NCBI GenBank assembly: GCA_001949185.1
Contig: BDGG01000002.1
Span: 4,082,448 to 4,146,447 of the forward strand
DNA: 64,000 nt
DNA from: Ramazzottius varieornatus
Lineage: Eukaryota; Animalia; Tardigrada
Reading direction: 5' to 3'
Shown here one piece after another: positions 26,792 to 39,486 of the stretch (within the stretch, counting starts at the first letter, position 1; each line of letters opens with the position of its first letter). Under the pieces are notes generated by a model that saw only the letters and a program-made list of their open reading frames with translations, did no database searches and was not told where the DNA came from. A program made the position numbers and the translations under genes.

Positions 26792-28647
26792 TTAGGCTTC
26801 GAAAATGTATTGAACGCTTGCCATGGACAGGACGCCAATCGAAAGACAAGTCATCTGCTTCAGAGATTCTCTGTAAGACATAAAAAACGATACCTGTAAT
26901 GAGGTCCTGCAGACATGCGGATCAGATGAAATCGACCAACATGGTATGCAAGAGCATGAAAGAAAAGTACGGCCTGGGAGGACGGCAAACGACACACGTG
27001 AGTGGAGTCGTCGGCTTAACTGGCGCACGTTAACAGCCAGTAACTCTGATGACGCGCGCCACTTGAGACAACAATCTTAAGTTTCTTGACTTTCTTTTGC
27101 CGGCCTGCCGTTCGGGTTTACTTAGTAATCTTCAAGACTGTTAAGAGGTTCCGGGTCAAGTAAAAGTCTACTTTGATATAACATACCGTATACTTCTTTC
27201 TTGAAGTAACTCGGGTAGCAAGTTCACCAACGAGATGTTTAAGAAGCCGCCAGCAGCGAAAGGCAAAATCCACGTGGATTTCCGGTCGATGTCGTCGACC
27301 GACTCGAACCAAAGGGCTGTCGCAGCTCCAAGAAGACCTCCCATCAAGGTGAAAACCTGGAAAGCAAAGTCACTGTTGTGGAGTACTTTAGCGATCGTCA
27401 ATTCAATTCCAAAGTTCATGGACTTTGAGGCACACAGTAGTGCGAAGGACGCTGTTTCGTTCTACAGTACCTGAGCTTTAGCCGCGCTTGTCCGACTGAA
27501 CCCTGATCGAACCAAGATTGCAAAATCACCGATCTCTGTCAACAAAAAAATTACATTGTGGTCCAATGTACCGTCCGACGAAACTGACAGACAATAGTTG
27601 AAGGTAGGGAAGATAGCGCTGAAGACAACGGATTCACCATGAGGTATTTCGTGGATCAGGATAGCAAATGTGGTCAACATTCCCACTTTGGAGCTAACCA
27701 GGAAGCTTCCACCGATAGCTAATCCGTGCGTAAAGTTGTCCACACAATTGGCAAACAGGTTCAAGTACCCAGTAACCTAAAGAAACCTCGGTTAATAACA
27801 CGTCCCGGACCTCAGTTCTGACCTCTAAGCAGACGGACGGGACGGGTTATCCTTGCGTACCCAGCTGGTAGGTCTCGGGATTGCTGCTGACGATTCAAAT
27901 GTCAGCTGGTCATCCTCTTTTGAAATATGGACAAAGCTATTGTCTCCTTCGCCGTGGACGATTCCGTTCTTCTTCACGCTCGAGTGTCCCGTTTGAGTGT
28001 CGTCTGTCTCGTCGTCCGTTGCCTGACAAAGCTTTTCGATGAGCGAGAATGAAATGATGCCAAACACGACGAACAAGCCATTGGTCGTGTGTGCGTCTGG
28101 GCCTATATCAGATTAAACTCAACAATATTGCATAAGAAGTAAATCTAAGTCTAACTATCCGAAGGCGGCAAATCCCTTGAGTAGACAGTGACAGCATCGA
28201 TCAAGAACTGCCCTGAGCTGTGATCTAACCTACTTGAGCTCTTCCTCCAGGCCTCCGGAAGAAGGTGAAGAAAAACGTCTCCCAGTAAACTTCCCACTGC
28301 GAAGGCAAGAAACATCCTTAGCTTACTCGCGCCACCTATCAAGTAGAGGGCGAAACGTAAACAGCTTGCAGGTACCTTCGAACTTTGAAATTGCTCAACC
28401 GGAAATGTAAAACCAGGACAAGTTTGGTTGTTGATTAGGTTGAAGACTTACCAGGTGAGCTGATGGATTTCGCTCCATCCAGCGGGATGAAGAGGACAGG
28501 AATCAGTCCGCACGCGCTTACCATCAGCGTTGCGATTATGGAATAAAGCCATGCGTCGTGAAGGGACAGTATGTCGGAGTATTCCTCTGCTGGACTGCGA
28601 CAGCTACCCGAAGATTCCATTCCATCGTGGTGGCATGTTCCGGACAT
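26792..28647 (-). CDS. SLC39A13: Zinc transporter ZIP13 (SLC39A13, LIV-1 subfamily)
   Basis: '[22 protein letters not shown]', '[56 protein letters not shown]', '[23 protein letters not shown]'; start may extend to ATG 28773 via a short intron. Confidence 0.9.
27005..27078. repeat. Palindromic element copy 4 (ZIP13 last intron)
   Basis: cttaaCTGGCGCAC-N25-GCGCGCCACttgagacaacaatctt. Confidence 0.8.
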
Positions 28648-29149
28648 TGCTCGGCGCTGGATGCGTCTGCTGCTCTGCGGGTACTCTCACTCCCTTCTTC
28701 CAAGCTTGGATGGTATCCGGGTACTCACCGTGCACCCTGCGCAGAAGACACCGCGTCTGTCTGCAAGAAACATGCAAGTGAGTTATCCAGTAGAAGAATC
28801 TTCACTCTTCAGCTGCTGCGTGGTGGGACGGCCCACGTCGATGACGTAACAAGACGACGACTTCATCAGATTACTAGCGCAGCTGCAGTGGCTTGGATGG
28901 CAGTACCGCAGTATGCCGATATGGTGCTGAATTCTTTCCAGAATAAAATCACACTAAATTATAATCCGTAATAAATTCCACTTATTGAAAACATCACAAT
29001 ATTTAAAACCAATATGCAAACTTTGCGAGATTGATGCGTGACGAAGATCTTCACAATGTTGTAGCAAAACTGTCCTCAGGAACTAGTCAAATCGACTGCG
29101 CAAATACCTAAAAGTAGTGATAGAAAGCACCGAGATGCCAATGGTTGGT

Positions 29150-29337
29150 ATCGCTTCTCGGCCTTTTGGCTAAGATCAAAGTGTAGTATCTGTTCTCGGT
29201 AGTGTGACAACTACCGCGACCCCCATTGGGGGTCCGATTGTCACTGGAATTTTTGCAACGCGGTGGGGCTCTGGGGCTTGCTCCATCCTTGCCTGGGTTG
29301 GCCCGGTATAGCAGTACCTCCGGGATCGGCCCGTCCC
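29150..29337 (+). ncRNA. U2: U2 spliceosomal snRNA (sequence-divergent stem II)
   Basis: Canonical 5' end ATCGCTTCTCGGCCTTTTGGCTAAGATCAAAGTGTAGTATCTGTTCT incl. branch-site recognition GTAGTA; Sm site AATTTTTG 29248-29255; stem III GGGGCTTGCTCC; stem IV GGGTTGGCCCGG-TATAGCAGTA-CCTCCGGGATCGGCCC. Confidence 0.95.
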
Positions 29338-29546
29338 CTCGGGGACATTAGCAGTCAAAGAAAAGTGGAACGGTAGAGGAGATCCTACTCCATATGGTTC
29401 TGCTCGTCATGGCGACATAATGAGAGTGGCGGGTTTCTGCCGACCGTAGTCTACGAACTTTCCAAAGCCTGCTAACGAATCTTTACATACGGGTTCCGCA
29501 AAACTGATCTGAACTGATCATGTTCGTCCAGTGGAGCCAGTACAGT

Positions 29547-29570
29547 ACAGACAGACAGACAGACAGACAG
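29547..29570. repeat. (ACAG)6 microsatellite
   Basis: acagacagacagacagacagacag read directly. Confidence 0.9.
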
Positions 29571-29932
29571 TAACTGGTTGCTTCAGCTAACACAACGAGA
29601 ATGGTGATAATGAGCTGGTGCAGGACAGCGTGTAAGTTAATTGCACACTCCAAAACCCAAACGAAACAATAAAATTGAAACAAACAGTCGAAACGACGCA
29701 CGCGCTAGAGATTCACGGAAACAGGAAAGTAGGAAAGGAAGCTAATAGCATAGCAGCCACTTAGTGCACAGCACACAGAGGTGAAAACGTAGAGGAGTGT
29801 TCTGAGGAACTTTAAATCTGAAACCGGATCAAACTATCGCTGGACAAGTAAGGAACTACGGAACAGGACATCAAGAGAAAAGCTCTTTGAGTGTAAAAAA
29901 CCAAGTTATGATGTATGATGATTGTATGTCGT

Positions 29933-32900
29933 TCAAGCATTCGTGGACGATGGAGGCTGTGGCTGACTATGAACAGTTTTGGACAGTTCCGTCGTTGTCT
30001 TCGTCAAAGAAGTAACCACCGCTTCGACTTCGCCCAGACGTTCTTTCACATGTCGCAGACTTGCGGTCTGGTGCTTCAGAATCTCGTTTATCTGAACCAA
30101 CCTACGAGAAACCGGAAATCACAAGCTACGTAGAGCAGCAACCCATAACAAAGAGAGAACTGGTTGTACACACTTGTCCAAGGAGCGTTGTGTTATTTCC
30201 GCTTCCCTGGTCTGCCGATGTCTCTGCCGGAAGTACTCCCGAACCAGACCTTTCCAGTAATGGAAGTCATCGTGACGATATGATCGACGACCTCGGAGGC
30301 GCAGCAAGTCATTTTTCTGCGAAGGAAGCACAACAGTTTGGAGTTACTAATGATCAACGTCAACGAGTTCAGCGATAGAAGGACGTAACACTTACACGAG
30401 ACTCTCGGTGTCCGCACTCCTTTTTGAATTCTCGAATGACCCATCGCACACCGAAATACATGTAGTGCAGAAGACTAAAGGGTGGAGGGACAGTAGCTCG
30501 ATTGACAAACTCCATGACCACACTGTATCGTTTGAACTTCCATATCGAATCGGCATCCGCCTCAATGCGAAGCTGCGTAGCACTGAAAAGACAGTCCCAA
30601 AGTCCGGTGCACGTGTGACACCAAGGTTTAGTTTTATTCGAGCAGGAACCTACGTGAACAAGGCGTATAGTAGAGTAGCCAGGATGAGTTTCAGCATGAC
30701 CATGAACTGGATGACAATAAAGTACGCCCACCAGCCGACGGTAACGCAGTTCTTGTTCTGGTAATCTCCTGCGATACAATAAGTGTCGCTCGAGGTATCG
30801 TTCAACCTGGTCGCCTCACAATCCTTCGTGCTGCAAATAGAAAAGTAAACATCTGATACTGAGATTTTGTTTTGATAACTAAAAAGGAAGAAGATATGCT
30901 TACTACTGGAGGTCGACGATGGGTTGGGCGAGAAACAAGCTAAAGAAAGCTTTATGGAAAGTCAACCGCGCGATTTCCCAGTTTAGGGGAAGATCCGGAT
31001 ACATAATGGCCTGTACCGTGACTCCGCCGGCCAGCATGAAAGGCAGGATCATCTTAAGGTAGTTTAAGAAGTCGCTGCCCACCATATACTTGATCCTGAC
31101 CAACATCGGGCCCAGCGTGTCCGATATGGGGAAGAAAATACCGATCAGCCGGTAAGAGAAATACAGCAGACCTAAACCCGAAAATCTGCATCAAATACTG
31201 TGACTGATAATTTCGAATAACCATCAAGACAGACATTACAGGTAGAATCTCAAAAATTCTTGTAACTGTGACGTCGGCGAATGAAGTCAACCAGATCGTT
31301 CTGCAAAGTGGCGCACGCTCTCAGCCAATCAAAACGAAAGCGTGCGTGACTTGCATAAAGATGGGGTTAAAATCATTTGCCGATGTCCCTTCAGAAGTCG
31401 TGAATGACGTTTGGCAGAAAATAAAATCAGGGTTTAGGTCGGACACAAGCCTACCGCAGCACATAAGAACTTTGGCTGTGTAAGCGTTGACCATCTTAGG
31501 CTGGAGGCTCAGAACGCGGACCATGAAGTACGCAGCCAAGAAGCCCAACATGCAAGCCACCTCGAGTATTTTCGCCAGTGCATGGGAAACGTGACGACTG
31601 TTGACCAAGTTGTAGTTCTGGTAAAGAGCTTCTGCTGTTAGAAGAGCTGTCCATATCCACAGGACAATGTCTATGGCTGATATCTGATTCGGGACCCTTT
31701 CCTCCACGACGTCGAATCGGAGACCTTGCATCAAACCGGTTTCACTAGACCTCGGTCGATACACGTCCAGGTGATGACACACCGGCATCAGAGTCACCAC
31801 ACTGAAGAGTACCAGGTAACACCAGTAGAAAAACTAGAAGCAGACGAGCAACGTCTGGAAATGGTTTGAAAAGCGCGCAACAAAGCCACCATGCGGTAAA
31901 CGAATAGCATACCTGGAAAGTCCAGAACTTCGTCACTGGTGCGGTCCAAAGAAGGTACACTCGTTCACCCAGTGAGAATTGAGGTTCGCCTCCGGTAATA
32001 GCACCGAAGAACACTCTTCGGAGTATCCGACGCTGATTTTCGGTCTTTTGGGCTTTCTGTTGATTTTCTTGTAGCTGCATTAGCCAACTTGTTTTCGAGT
32101 TGTCGCCTTCGAACCGCACTTTCGACGTCCCCAAAAGTGAAATCCTTTCTGAAATGAACGAGTTCTATTCCCAAGCTTCCATTCGGAATACAGGTTTCTT
32201 TTGCTTTTGCGGTAACTGCTTTCTACAGATTCATCTAGGTCGATACTCGAAAGTCTAAAGATTAGACTAACCATAGCTTTCAGGTTCGCTACCGAGAGAT
32301 CGCGGTCGCGGTGCCTTATCCGACGCATTGCTCGGTTCGTCCGCAAAGATGTTTATCGTTGTCCCCTTCGTACTTCTCTTCCGCGCTGCCGCTCTTCTCG
32401 CTTCGACAGAGTCAAGTGATGGGAAGTGAATCCAGAAGAACATGGGAAAGACAAAGAACGCTGACAGCAGGATCTTGAGGAACTCTGGGATGTGAAGGGC
32501 GCCTGGATGGTCGGACGCGATGACAATGTTGCCCATGTACAGTCGGTTGATCCACTTTTGGCAACACGGATGTGCCAGAAACCACCGGTTCTTTGCGTCG
32601 TACGCTAACTGGACCGGAGTGCGCCGACCGAAATCGGGGAACTCTCGATCAAGGAGATCGAAAGCGCGGTCCAGCGACTCTTTGTACGCCATGTTGAGAA
32701 CCTCCATGCCCATTGCCCCGAAATCCTTTCCCCTGAAAACAAGGATCAGTTGTAACTTCCGTTAGGTTTTTGAGTCACTCCCTTTTACGTGGTAAATTTA
32801 TGGAAAAACCATGAAAGAGAGAAGGGAAGAAAGAAACCGAAATCAGGACTGGGACATGGACAGGTGCACTAAGCCAGATCGCTTTCTTAAGTGGCACACG

Positions 32901-35682
32901 TTTTCATTATTGTTGACTGATCCAGTGCGTCATTTAAGAAAACGTTCTAATTCAAATCTTGTTCCCACTTCTCAATCGTGAATTTTCTGCATTGCTAACG
33001 AGAACAACCAAAACAACAAGCAGACGAATACCTTTGACCTATCTGGGAAAAGTACGCGACAGAGAAACTCGGAAAGTAAAGACACGTACCAAGCGCGAAC
33101 TTGGTTTTCTTGCTCCGGCTCGCGGCAGAACCGGGACAGGCCATTCCACATGGCACTGACAAAAATTGCGGTGGTGATGGGGTCTTCGACGTATTTCCAG
33201 ACGATTTCGGTGAGTTTGTGTCGACCCATCAGAATGGACCACACGATGAGGACATTCAGAGCCTTCCTTTCAGCGACGCTGGGTTCGGTACTATAGATGC
33301 CGCAGGCGTTGGTGGAGAGTTCGTAAGCGTTTGTGAACTGCTCTACACGAGTGAAGGTAGTAATGATCCAGTTGAGGTCCTCCAAGACGAAGCGTTCACC
33401 CACTACAGTCCCTAAAGAACAGTAATCGTAAAGTTACTTTACAACCTGAAGAACTCGTACGAGAGAGGACTCGTACAGTATTACCTGGTATGTAGCCTAA
33501 AAGATTCCCGAGAACGTTTACGGAAAAGAACTCGGTGTCTTCCGCATGGCAAAACAGGTCAATCAATGCTCGATGGGAGAGAAACTTATGCACTTTGAAG
33601 CCTTGTTGAAGTATAAGGTCCACGAAGTCCTCGCGGTTCTTCATCAACAGTGCCAAACGGAAGATATCCTTATCGACCTGGAAGCAGAAGGGTATTAAAT
33701 TTTCATCGGCTTTGTGCAGATAGCGATGCCGGAATATTTTACCTTTATCTTCACAGCAGACTTCCGCATGATTTCTTCTCGCGCAAAGTCGGGACGATTC
33801 CATTGTAGAGTGAGAACTAAATCGTGTTTGATTTGCTCTCTCCAGTCCAGCTCTGCAGAAGACCACACGTTACTAACAATAAGCCAGACTCAGAATCAGA
33901 TGGCATTATTTGGTATTCCAACAGTATCGTACCTCTGGTCTTTTGACTGCCAAAGATAGCTCGTAATATGTAAAGATCCAAGTCGGCCAAGTCTGAAGAA
34001 GCTCGCGCCAAATCCAGAAGGGTGATGAAGTGCTGTTCATCTTGATGGTCTAGACGCATGCAGTCAAGCAGCTTTGTACAGCAATCCATCTTTTCCTCCT
34101 CACTGCCTTGCTTCAGCTTCGGAAACTCTGCTTCCAGCCGCTTGAGTATTTCTGGCGTTATGCTCTGTAGCTCTTTCTCTAGATCACCACTGCAAAGAGA
34201 CAAGTAAAAGTCTTCGTACGACACCCATAAAACATTCAGCGATATAATAATTATGGGACCTCGGGAAACCAAGTACAAGATTGTTCTCCCAGGTGGCGCA
34301 CGATTTCAGCCAGTAACACTGACAATACGCGTTGCTTGAAAGAATAATCTTGTCAAGTTTGTTTGCCGAACTCCCTTGTATGTTTACCTGTTCGCCACTT
34401 CTTCGTACACGTAAGCAAAGATATCTGCTACCAAGCCCGAGCCTTTGACCACAACGACAGGTGTGCGGTTCTTTAAGTAGGTCCAGACTTGCTGGATCTC
34501 CGGTGGTCCTCCTTGCAGCAGTAACGCCACCAACGGAACTCCCATGCCCGATCCGATCTTCGACGCGGATGGATCCGGTGTGGATCGATGAGGTATTACG
34601 CTATGATTCTCTTCATCCTCGGAAGAGTTCTCGGTGGCACCAGCTCCGAAGTTTTTCCGGCAGCTGGAAAATCGCTGCAGATCTTTCTCGAGGTCGGTGC
34701 GAAAGGTGGTGATGGTCTTACTGGTCGAACCGTTGACGATCACGTAGTGCGTGTGGAAGATGTCCAGGTTGTATTTCTGCCGAGCTGGCTTGTCTGATCC
34801 GAGATCCAGTTCAACCCGACGACGCTAAGAAGAAAGCAAGATCAGAAACATCGGAGAGGAAATTTAAGTTTGAGTCTGCAGGTTTCATACACCGGAACTA
34901 GTGGAGTCGCTGCCATGAAAAGCTTCCAGTTCGTTGACAAGACTATCCGAGCAGATTCCGATGAGAGTAATCTGGGACAAGCGCTTGTTGTACCTCCGGA
35001 CAAATCTTGCTTTATGAGCCGTTCTTCGATCGAGTTCGTCGCGAACTGCTTCGCCGAGTAGCTTGACAATTCCAGTGTGGAAGCCGTGAGTGAGGAGCCA
35101 AGCGTGGGATGTATTCATTACCTTAAAGGAATGGGGAATTACCATCGCGTTTCTCGGGAGGATGCTAATGCTTCAAGATTGAGGTTGATTACCTTTGTTA
35201 AACCAGCCTGAAAGTCAACTGCGTAATCTTCGGGCCACGGCTTGTTATAGCTGACGCCGGTGACGATGCTGATCATAACATCCGGCACCTTCATCTTCCA
35301 TCGATCGAGCATGAACTCCGAGAGGGTCTTTAAGGAGACATCGCAGAACACGGGGATGTACGGCTTCTCCTGTTGGGAAAGTAGCAGAAGAGTTAGGGAA
35401 TCAGCAGCGACACAAGAGATACACGGAAAAAGATACGGAAAAAGATGCGCGTGACGGATACCCAGACGAAAATTTAGCAACACAAAGTCGCTCATGACGT
35501 CACAGAAAATCACGGTAAGAAAGGTCTGGCGCGGTGACGACATAAATAAGTTTTCGCGATAACGATAGCATTTTATCTTCACTCAAAGTCGCCAGACGTC
35601 CACTTCGAGAGTCAGTCGGTCTTACCTCGTCTGCGGCCAGAGTATCGGAGGTGAACTTGATAACGCCCGCAAGATTCTCCAT
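29933..35682 (-). CDS. TRPM-superfamily cation channel, most like TRPS (soromelastatin/ced-11) type
   Basis: SLOG/MHR N-terminus ('WKMKVPDVMISIVTG', 'AWLLTHGFHTGIVKLLGEAV', 'GVPLVALLLQGGP...TPVVVVKGSGLVADI'), 'FLAHPCCQKWI', 'WTAPVTKFW', TM region 'LGPMLVRIKYMV..DF...QAIMYPD', TRP box 'IWKFKRY...PPPFS', C-terminal coiled coil, stop TGA 29933-29935; many exons. Confidence 0.85.
31289..31368. repeat. Palindromic element copy 5 (TRP channel intron)
   Basis: aaccagatcgttctgcaaaGTGGCGCAC-N25-GTGCGTGACttgcataaagatggggtt. Confidence 0.8.
32875..32948. repeat. Palindromic element copy 6 (TRP channel intron)
   Basis: cagatcgctttcttaaGTGGCACAC-N25-GTGCGTCATttaagaaaacgttct. Confidence 0.8.
34275..34353. 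repeat. Palindromic element copy 7 (TRP channel intron)
   Basis: acaagattgttctcccagGTGGCGCAC-N25-ACGCGTTGCttgaaagaataatcttgt. Confidence 0.8.
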
Positions 35683-36206
35683 TGCCGGCTGACGCTGACC
35701 AGTCACGGTGGGGACTACTAGGGAGCGATGAGCAAGTCTCACCCGAACAACGGTTCGTCTTTCGGTCAGAAGTAAACGCTTCCCTCCGCGAGCATCCTTC
35801 CCGTCTGGCAGATAACCCTTCCCAACAGCAAGCGGAGGTACCAGGTTCAGGCAGATCTGGTAGACGACCAAGGAATCCCAGTTCCCGATTGCCGATTCTC
35901 AAGTGCGTAGTTCGGACCGTAAACCACGGAAATTTCTGCAGATCAATAAACGGGCTGTGAGTTACAGAGGGTGACCACACACCCAAGATACCGCGCTTCA
36001 GGAAGCACCCTTTGTAATTTGGCTTGTTTGGTTTGTTCTGTTGATCAGCTGATCTTCGATAAAACCTAAAAAGCGCCAAAATTATTTTGAACGAAGTTTG
36101 GTAAGTATTGTACTCGGGAAATTTTCGGACTGCTCCGGATCGACGCTCGACATCGTCTATCCAAGTCTCATCTAACTCTTACACTCTAACGTTTCTGTAG
36201 AACACC
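35683..36206. promoter_or_regulatory. Probable bidirectional promoter between TRP channel (-) and ORC1 (+)
   Basis: Divergent start codons only ~525 bp apart. Confidence 0.35.
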
Positions 36207-39008
36207 ATGCTGCCGGTGAAGCAGCAGGCACGTCGGGGCACTCGTCTGCGAGAACCAGCTCTATCTCGGGATCGCTCACCATCTCTTGACACTCTTGACG
36301 ACATCCTGTCCAAAGGTAGCTTCTCCCCATCTCCTGCGTTTGCTAACTTCGCGATTACGGGAGCAGCGGAAACCAATTCGACACTTCTTGTTTTATAGTC
36401 ATGCCACATGTGAAAAGTGACCAGCTGCCTGTCGCTCCACGTCCTTCTCAATCGAAGAAACAGCCGTCGTCCTACCACGACAATGATCTTCGCAATGGTA
36501 AGAGGAGATTAGATTTTTCCATATTCGCTGACTGTTCTCGTATTCACCTTTGTGCCGAATGTAGTTCTGCCTGTCCGACGAACTCTGCGCCGCACCAGGG
36601 AGGACAAGGGAAAGTCTGCCAAGCTCGAAGTGGCCGTTGAACCATCTCCTCATCGTGATCGCTCGCCTCCGAAAAGCCCAGCAGTAAAGCCCAAGCCTCG
36701 GAAGGATGCACCGATAAGTACGCGGTTACGTTCCACCAAAAGAATAGCTGAACTAATCGACGATGATCCAAGAAGCACGCGCAGAACAGCGAGGACATCC
36801 ATTAATGAGCCTCTTACTTCTACACCACTGAGCACTGTGAGCAGAGTGGCTTCGCAAAAGCCAAGGTTCTCCCCATCACCTGTCCGTCGCCTAACTCGAC
36901 GCTTCACTGCTGTACAAAGTCCAGCGGAAGAGCCGCAGTCTTCGAAAGAAAACAACTCCTCTGAACCTAGAGAAGCTTTACGCCCGTCGAGAAAGTCAAA
37001 GGCAGCTGTCGATTCACCTACAAAGACTGAACGTGGCAGCAGTTCGCTCGAACCGGAAGTGGTCCCACGTCGGCTGAGAAGATCGAAGCCTGTCGCTCGT
37101 TCTTCAAGGAAGAAGTCGAGTCAGAATGTTGCACGGACGGTTGGTTTGAAGATGTCAACGAAAGAAGTCAGAGCTGCGGATGTTGAGAAAGAGAAAAGAG
37201 CGAAGAAAGGGGCGATAGAGTGGAGTTATCCTTGTCGTGAAGAAGAGTTCAAGGAAGTGCTTGGCTTCATTAAAGAAAATCTCGATAAGGGAACTGGCGG
37301 GTAATGATCTGTTCCCCTTCGTGAATTGAGATTTGGTAATGTTCAATATTACACGAAATTTTTCGGTAGGTGTATGTGCGTTCATGGGATGCCAGGTACC
37401 GGCAAGACTGCCACCGTCCACCAAGTTATCAAGTACCTGAACGAGACCGAAGACGAACGACCAGCGTTTCGCTTCTGTGAGATCAACGGGATGAAGTTGT
37501 CCGATCCAAAGCAGACCTACGTCATGCTGGCCAAGACCCTGAAACCTGAGCTGAAGAAGTTGGCACCTGCTCGAGCTCTCCGAATCCTCGACAAACAATT
37601 CCGTCGGACGGTGGGGAAAGATGACGACTGGGACGAAGAGCATGATTTCCTCATTGCCTTAGTCGACGAGGTAATTTCCCTAAGAACCTTTCAGGAATAC
37701 TTTTTACTTGAGGAAGGTTGTTTTACAGATGGATTTGTTGTACGTGAAGAAACAGAAGCTACTATACAACTTGTTCGATTGGCCGCAACAGCCGGGGTCG
37801 AAGTTCATCGTCATTGCCATTTCCAACACGATGGATCTTCCAGAAAGGATACCGCTGATGGCACGAATTGAGAGCCGTTTGGCACGTAAACGTCTTCAGT
37901 TAACCTCATCGATTATTATAATGTGCCTTATTATGTCTTCCTTATCATGTGCTCACGTGATGATAGGTTGTGACTTTGACGTACTGTTGTTTCCAGGGGA
38001 TGCAACGATTGGCCTTTCAGCCCTACTCCAGGGAACAGCTGGAGAAGGTCGTGTGGTACCACCTCAAAGACGTTAATTTGGATGCCGAAGCATTAGTTTT
38101 GGCTTCCGCACGTGTAAGTTCAACCTTTTAGAAACAAGGCCTTTCTGAACTGATTAGAACACACTCAAAAATCTTATCGATATCAAAAATAACAGCCCGA
38201 AACTCAATACTAAAGGATGTTTCAGATTAGGAAATTGGGACGTCCGCAAATGACTTGAACAATTATCGCCATTCCAAGTGGCGCACACTATCAGCTAGTA
38301 ATAATGATACGTGCGCCACTTGAGATAACGCTCATGTACAATTCTGTTTGCCGAAGTCTCAATGTTTCTCTATCTGTTTTTACGTGTTTCTCTATCAACA
38401 GGTGGCAAGCATCACTGGAGATGCTAGACGAGTCTTAAACATTACCCGTCGAGCTCGTGACATTGCTGCTGACAGGCAGCCTTCGAAGACCAGTCAAAAG
38501 GTGCAGGTCGAGCTGCGGGATGTCCAAGCTGCATGTGAAGAGCTGATGGCGTGCCCGAAGAAACAATACATGAAGTAAGAGCGTTGTCAGTTTCGTAACA
38601 GACAGCGCATCAAACTATTCAACCATGGAACTATCCTTCAGAAACGCGTCTGCCGTGGAAAAGGTGTTCTTGCGGTCAATGACGGCCTTCAATGAGGAGG
38701 AGGTCTCCATGGACATATTATTCCGCCAAGTCATTGAGTCCTGTCCAGGTACGTTTTCGTGTTTGGTTCGATAGTTTTGTTAGGGTTCTTCGAATGAGGC
38801 CTTCGTTCTGTTGATGTGGGAACTTCGTGCTTTTTTAGAGAGTGGGATACGGGCGCCCAGCGTGGCGTTCTGTCTGGAACTGGCTAATCGCCTAGCCGCT
38901 ATGGAGCTCATCTACATAAATAGTAACCCAGCAGCACCCTTCGAACGCCTAATCGGCTTGAACTGTTACAGAGAAGACGTCATATTCACGACCAAGGTCG
39001 ACTCGTAG
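36207..39008 (+). CDS. ORC1: Origin recognition complex subunit 1 (AAA+ ATPase)
   Basis: 'PCREEEFKEV..FI', Walker A 'GCMCVHGMPGTGKTATV', 'EINGMKLSDPKQ.Y', Walker B 'LVDE|MDLL', 'LYNLFDWP', 'IAISNTMDLPER', 'SRL|GMQRLAFQPY', 'VASITGDARR.L'; stop 39006-39008. Confidence 0.92.
38262..38335. repeat. Palindromic element copy 8 (ORC1 intron)
   Basis: ttccaaGTGGCGCAC-N24-GTGCGCCACttgagataacg. Confidence 0.85.
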
Positions 39009-39486
39009 TCAGCTAAGTCGACCGAATTTTGCTTCCAATGTTTTTTCTAATTTTTACATACGCTCACTCTTGCGACGAAAGTTCGCAGAGTATTCGTGCT
39101 TGATATAGTTTGTTTTGTGTCCACGAACTTAAGCTGAGTTTTGGTAGATAGATGTTGGCAAGATCGAGAATTGAACCGTGGAACAAAACTAACATTTTCA
39201 TATACTGTAATTTAACAGTTTTATGAAGACTCACTTTCTCTCAGGTAGAGATTGCTTGGAAAGTATCAACGGTCATCTTCAAGGTAGAAAATCGATGTTT
39301 ATCCCACCTTAGCTTTCTCGTTTGTGTTCCCTGGCGCAGGATACTGTAACGAGGAAGACCGATGCATTCTGCTGCCGGGACAGACTGCTCGTTTTCTTAG
39401 CCAACCGAAACAGCTAGCTCTGAAGATGGATGGCATCGGTTGTGAGCCATCCCGTTTGACATCTGTAGTGAAGTAACAGACTTTGA

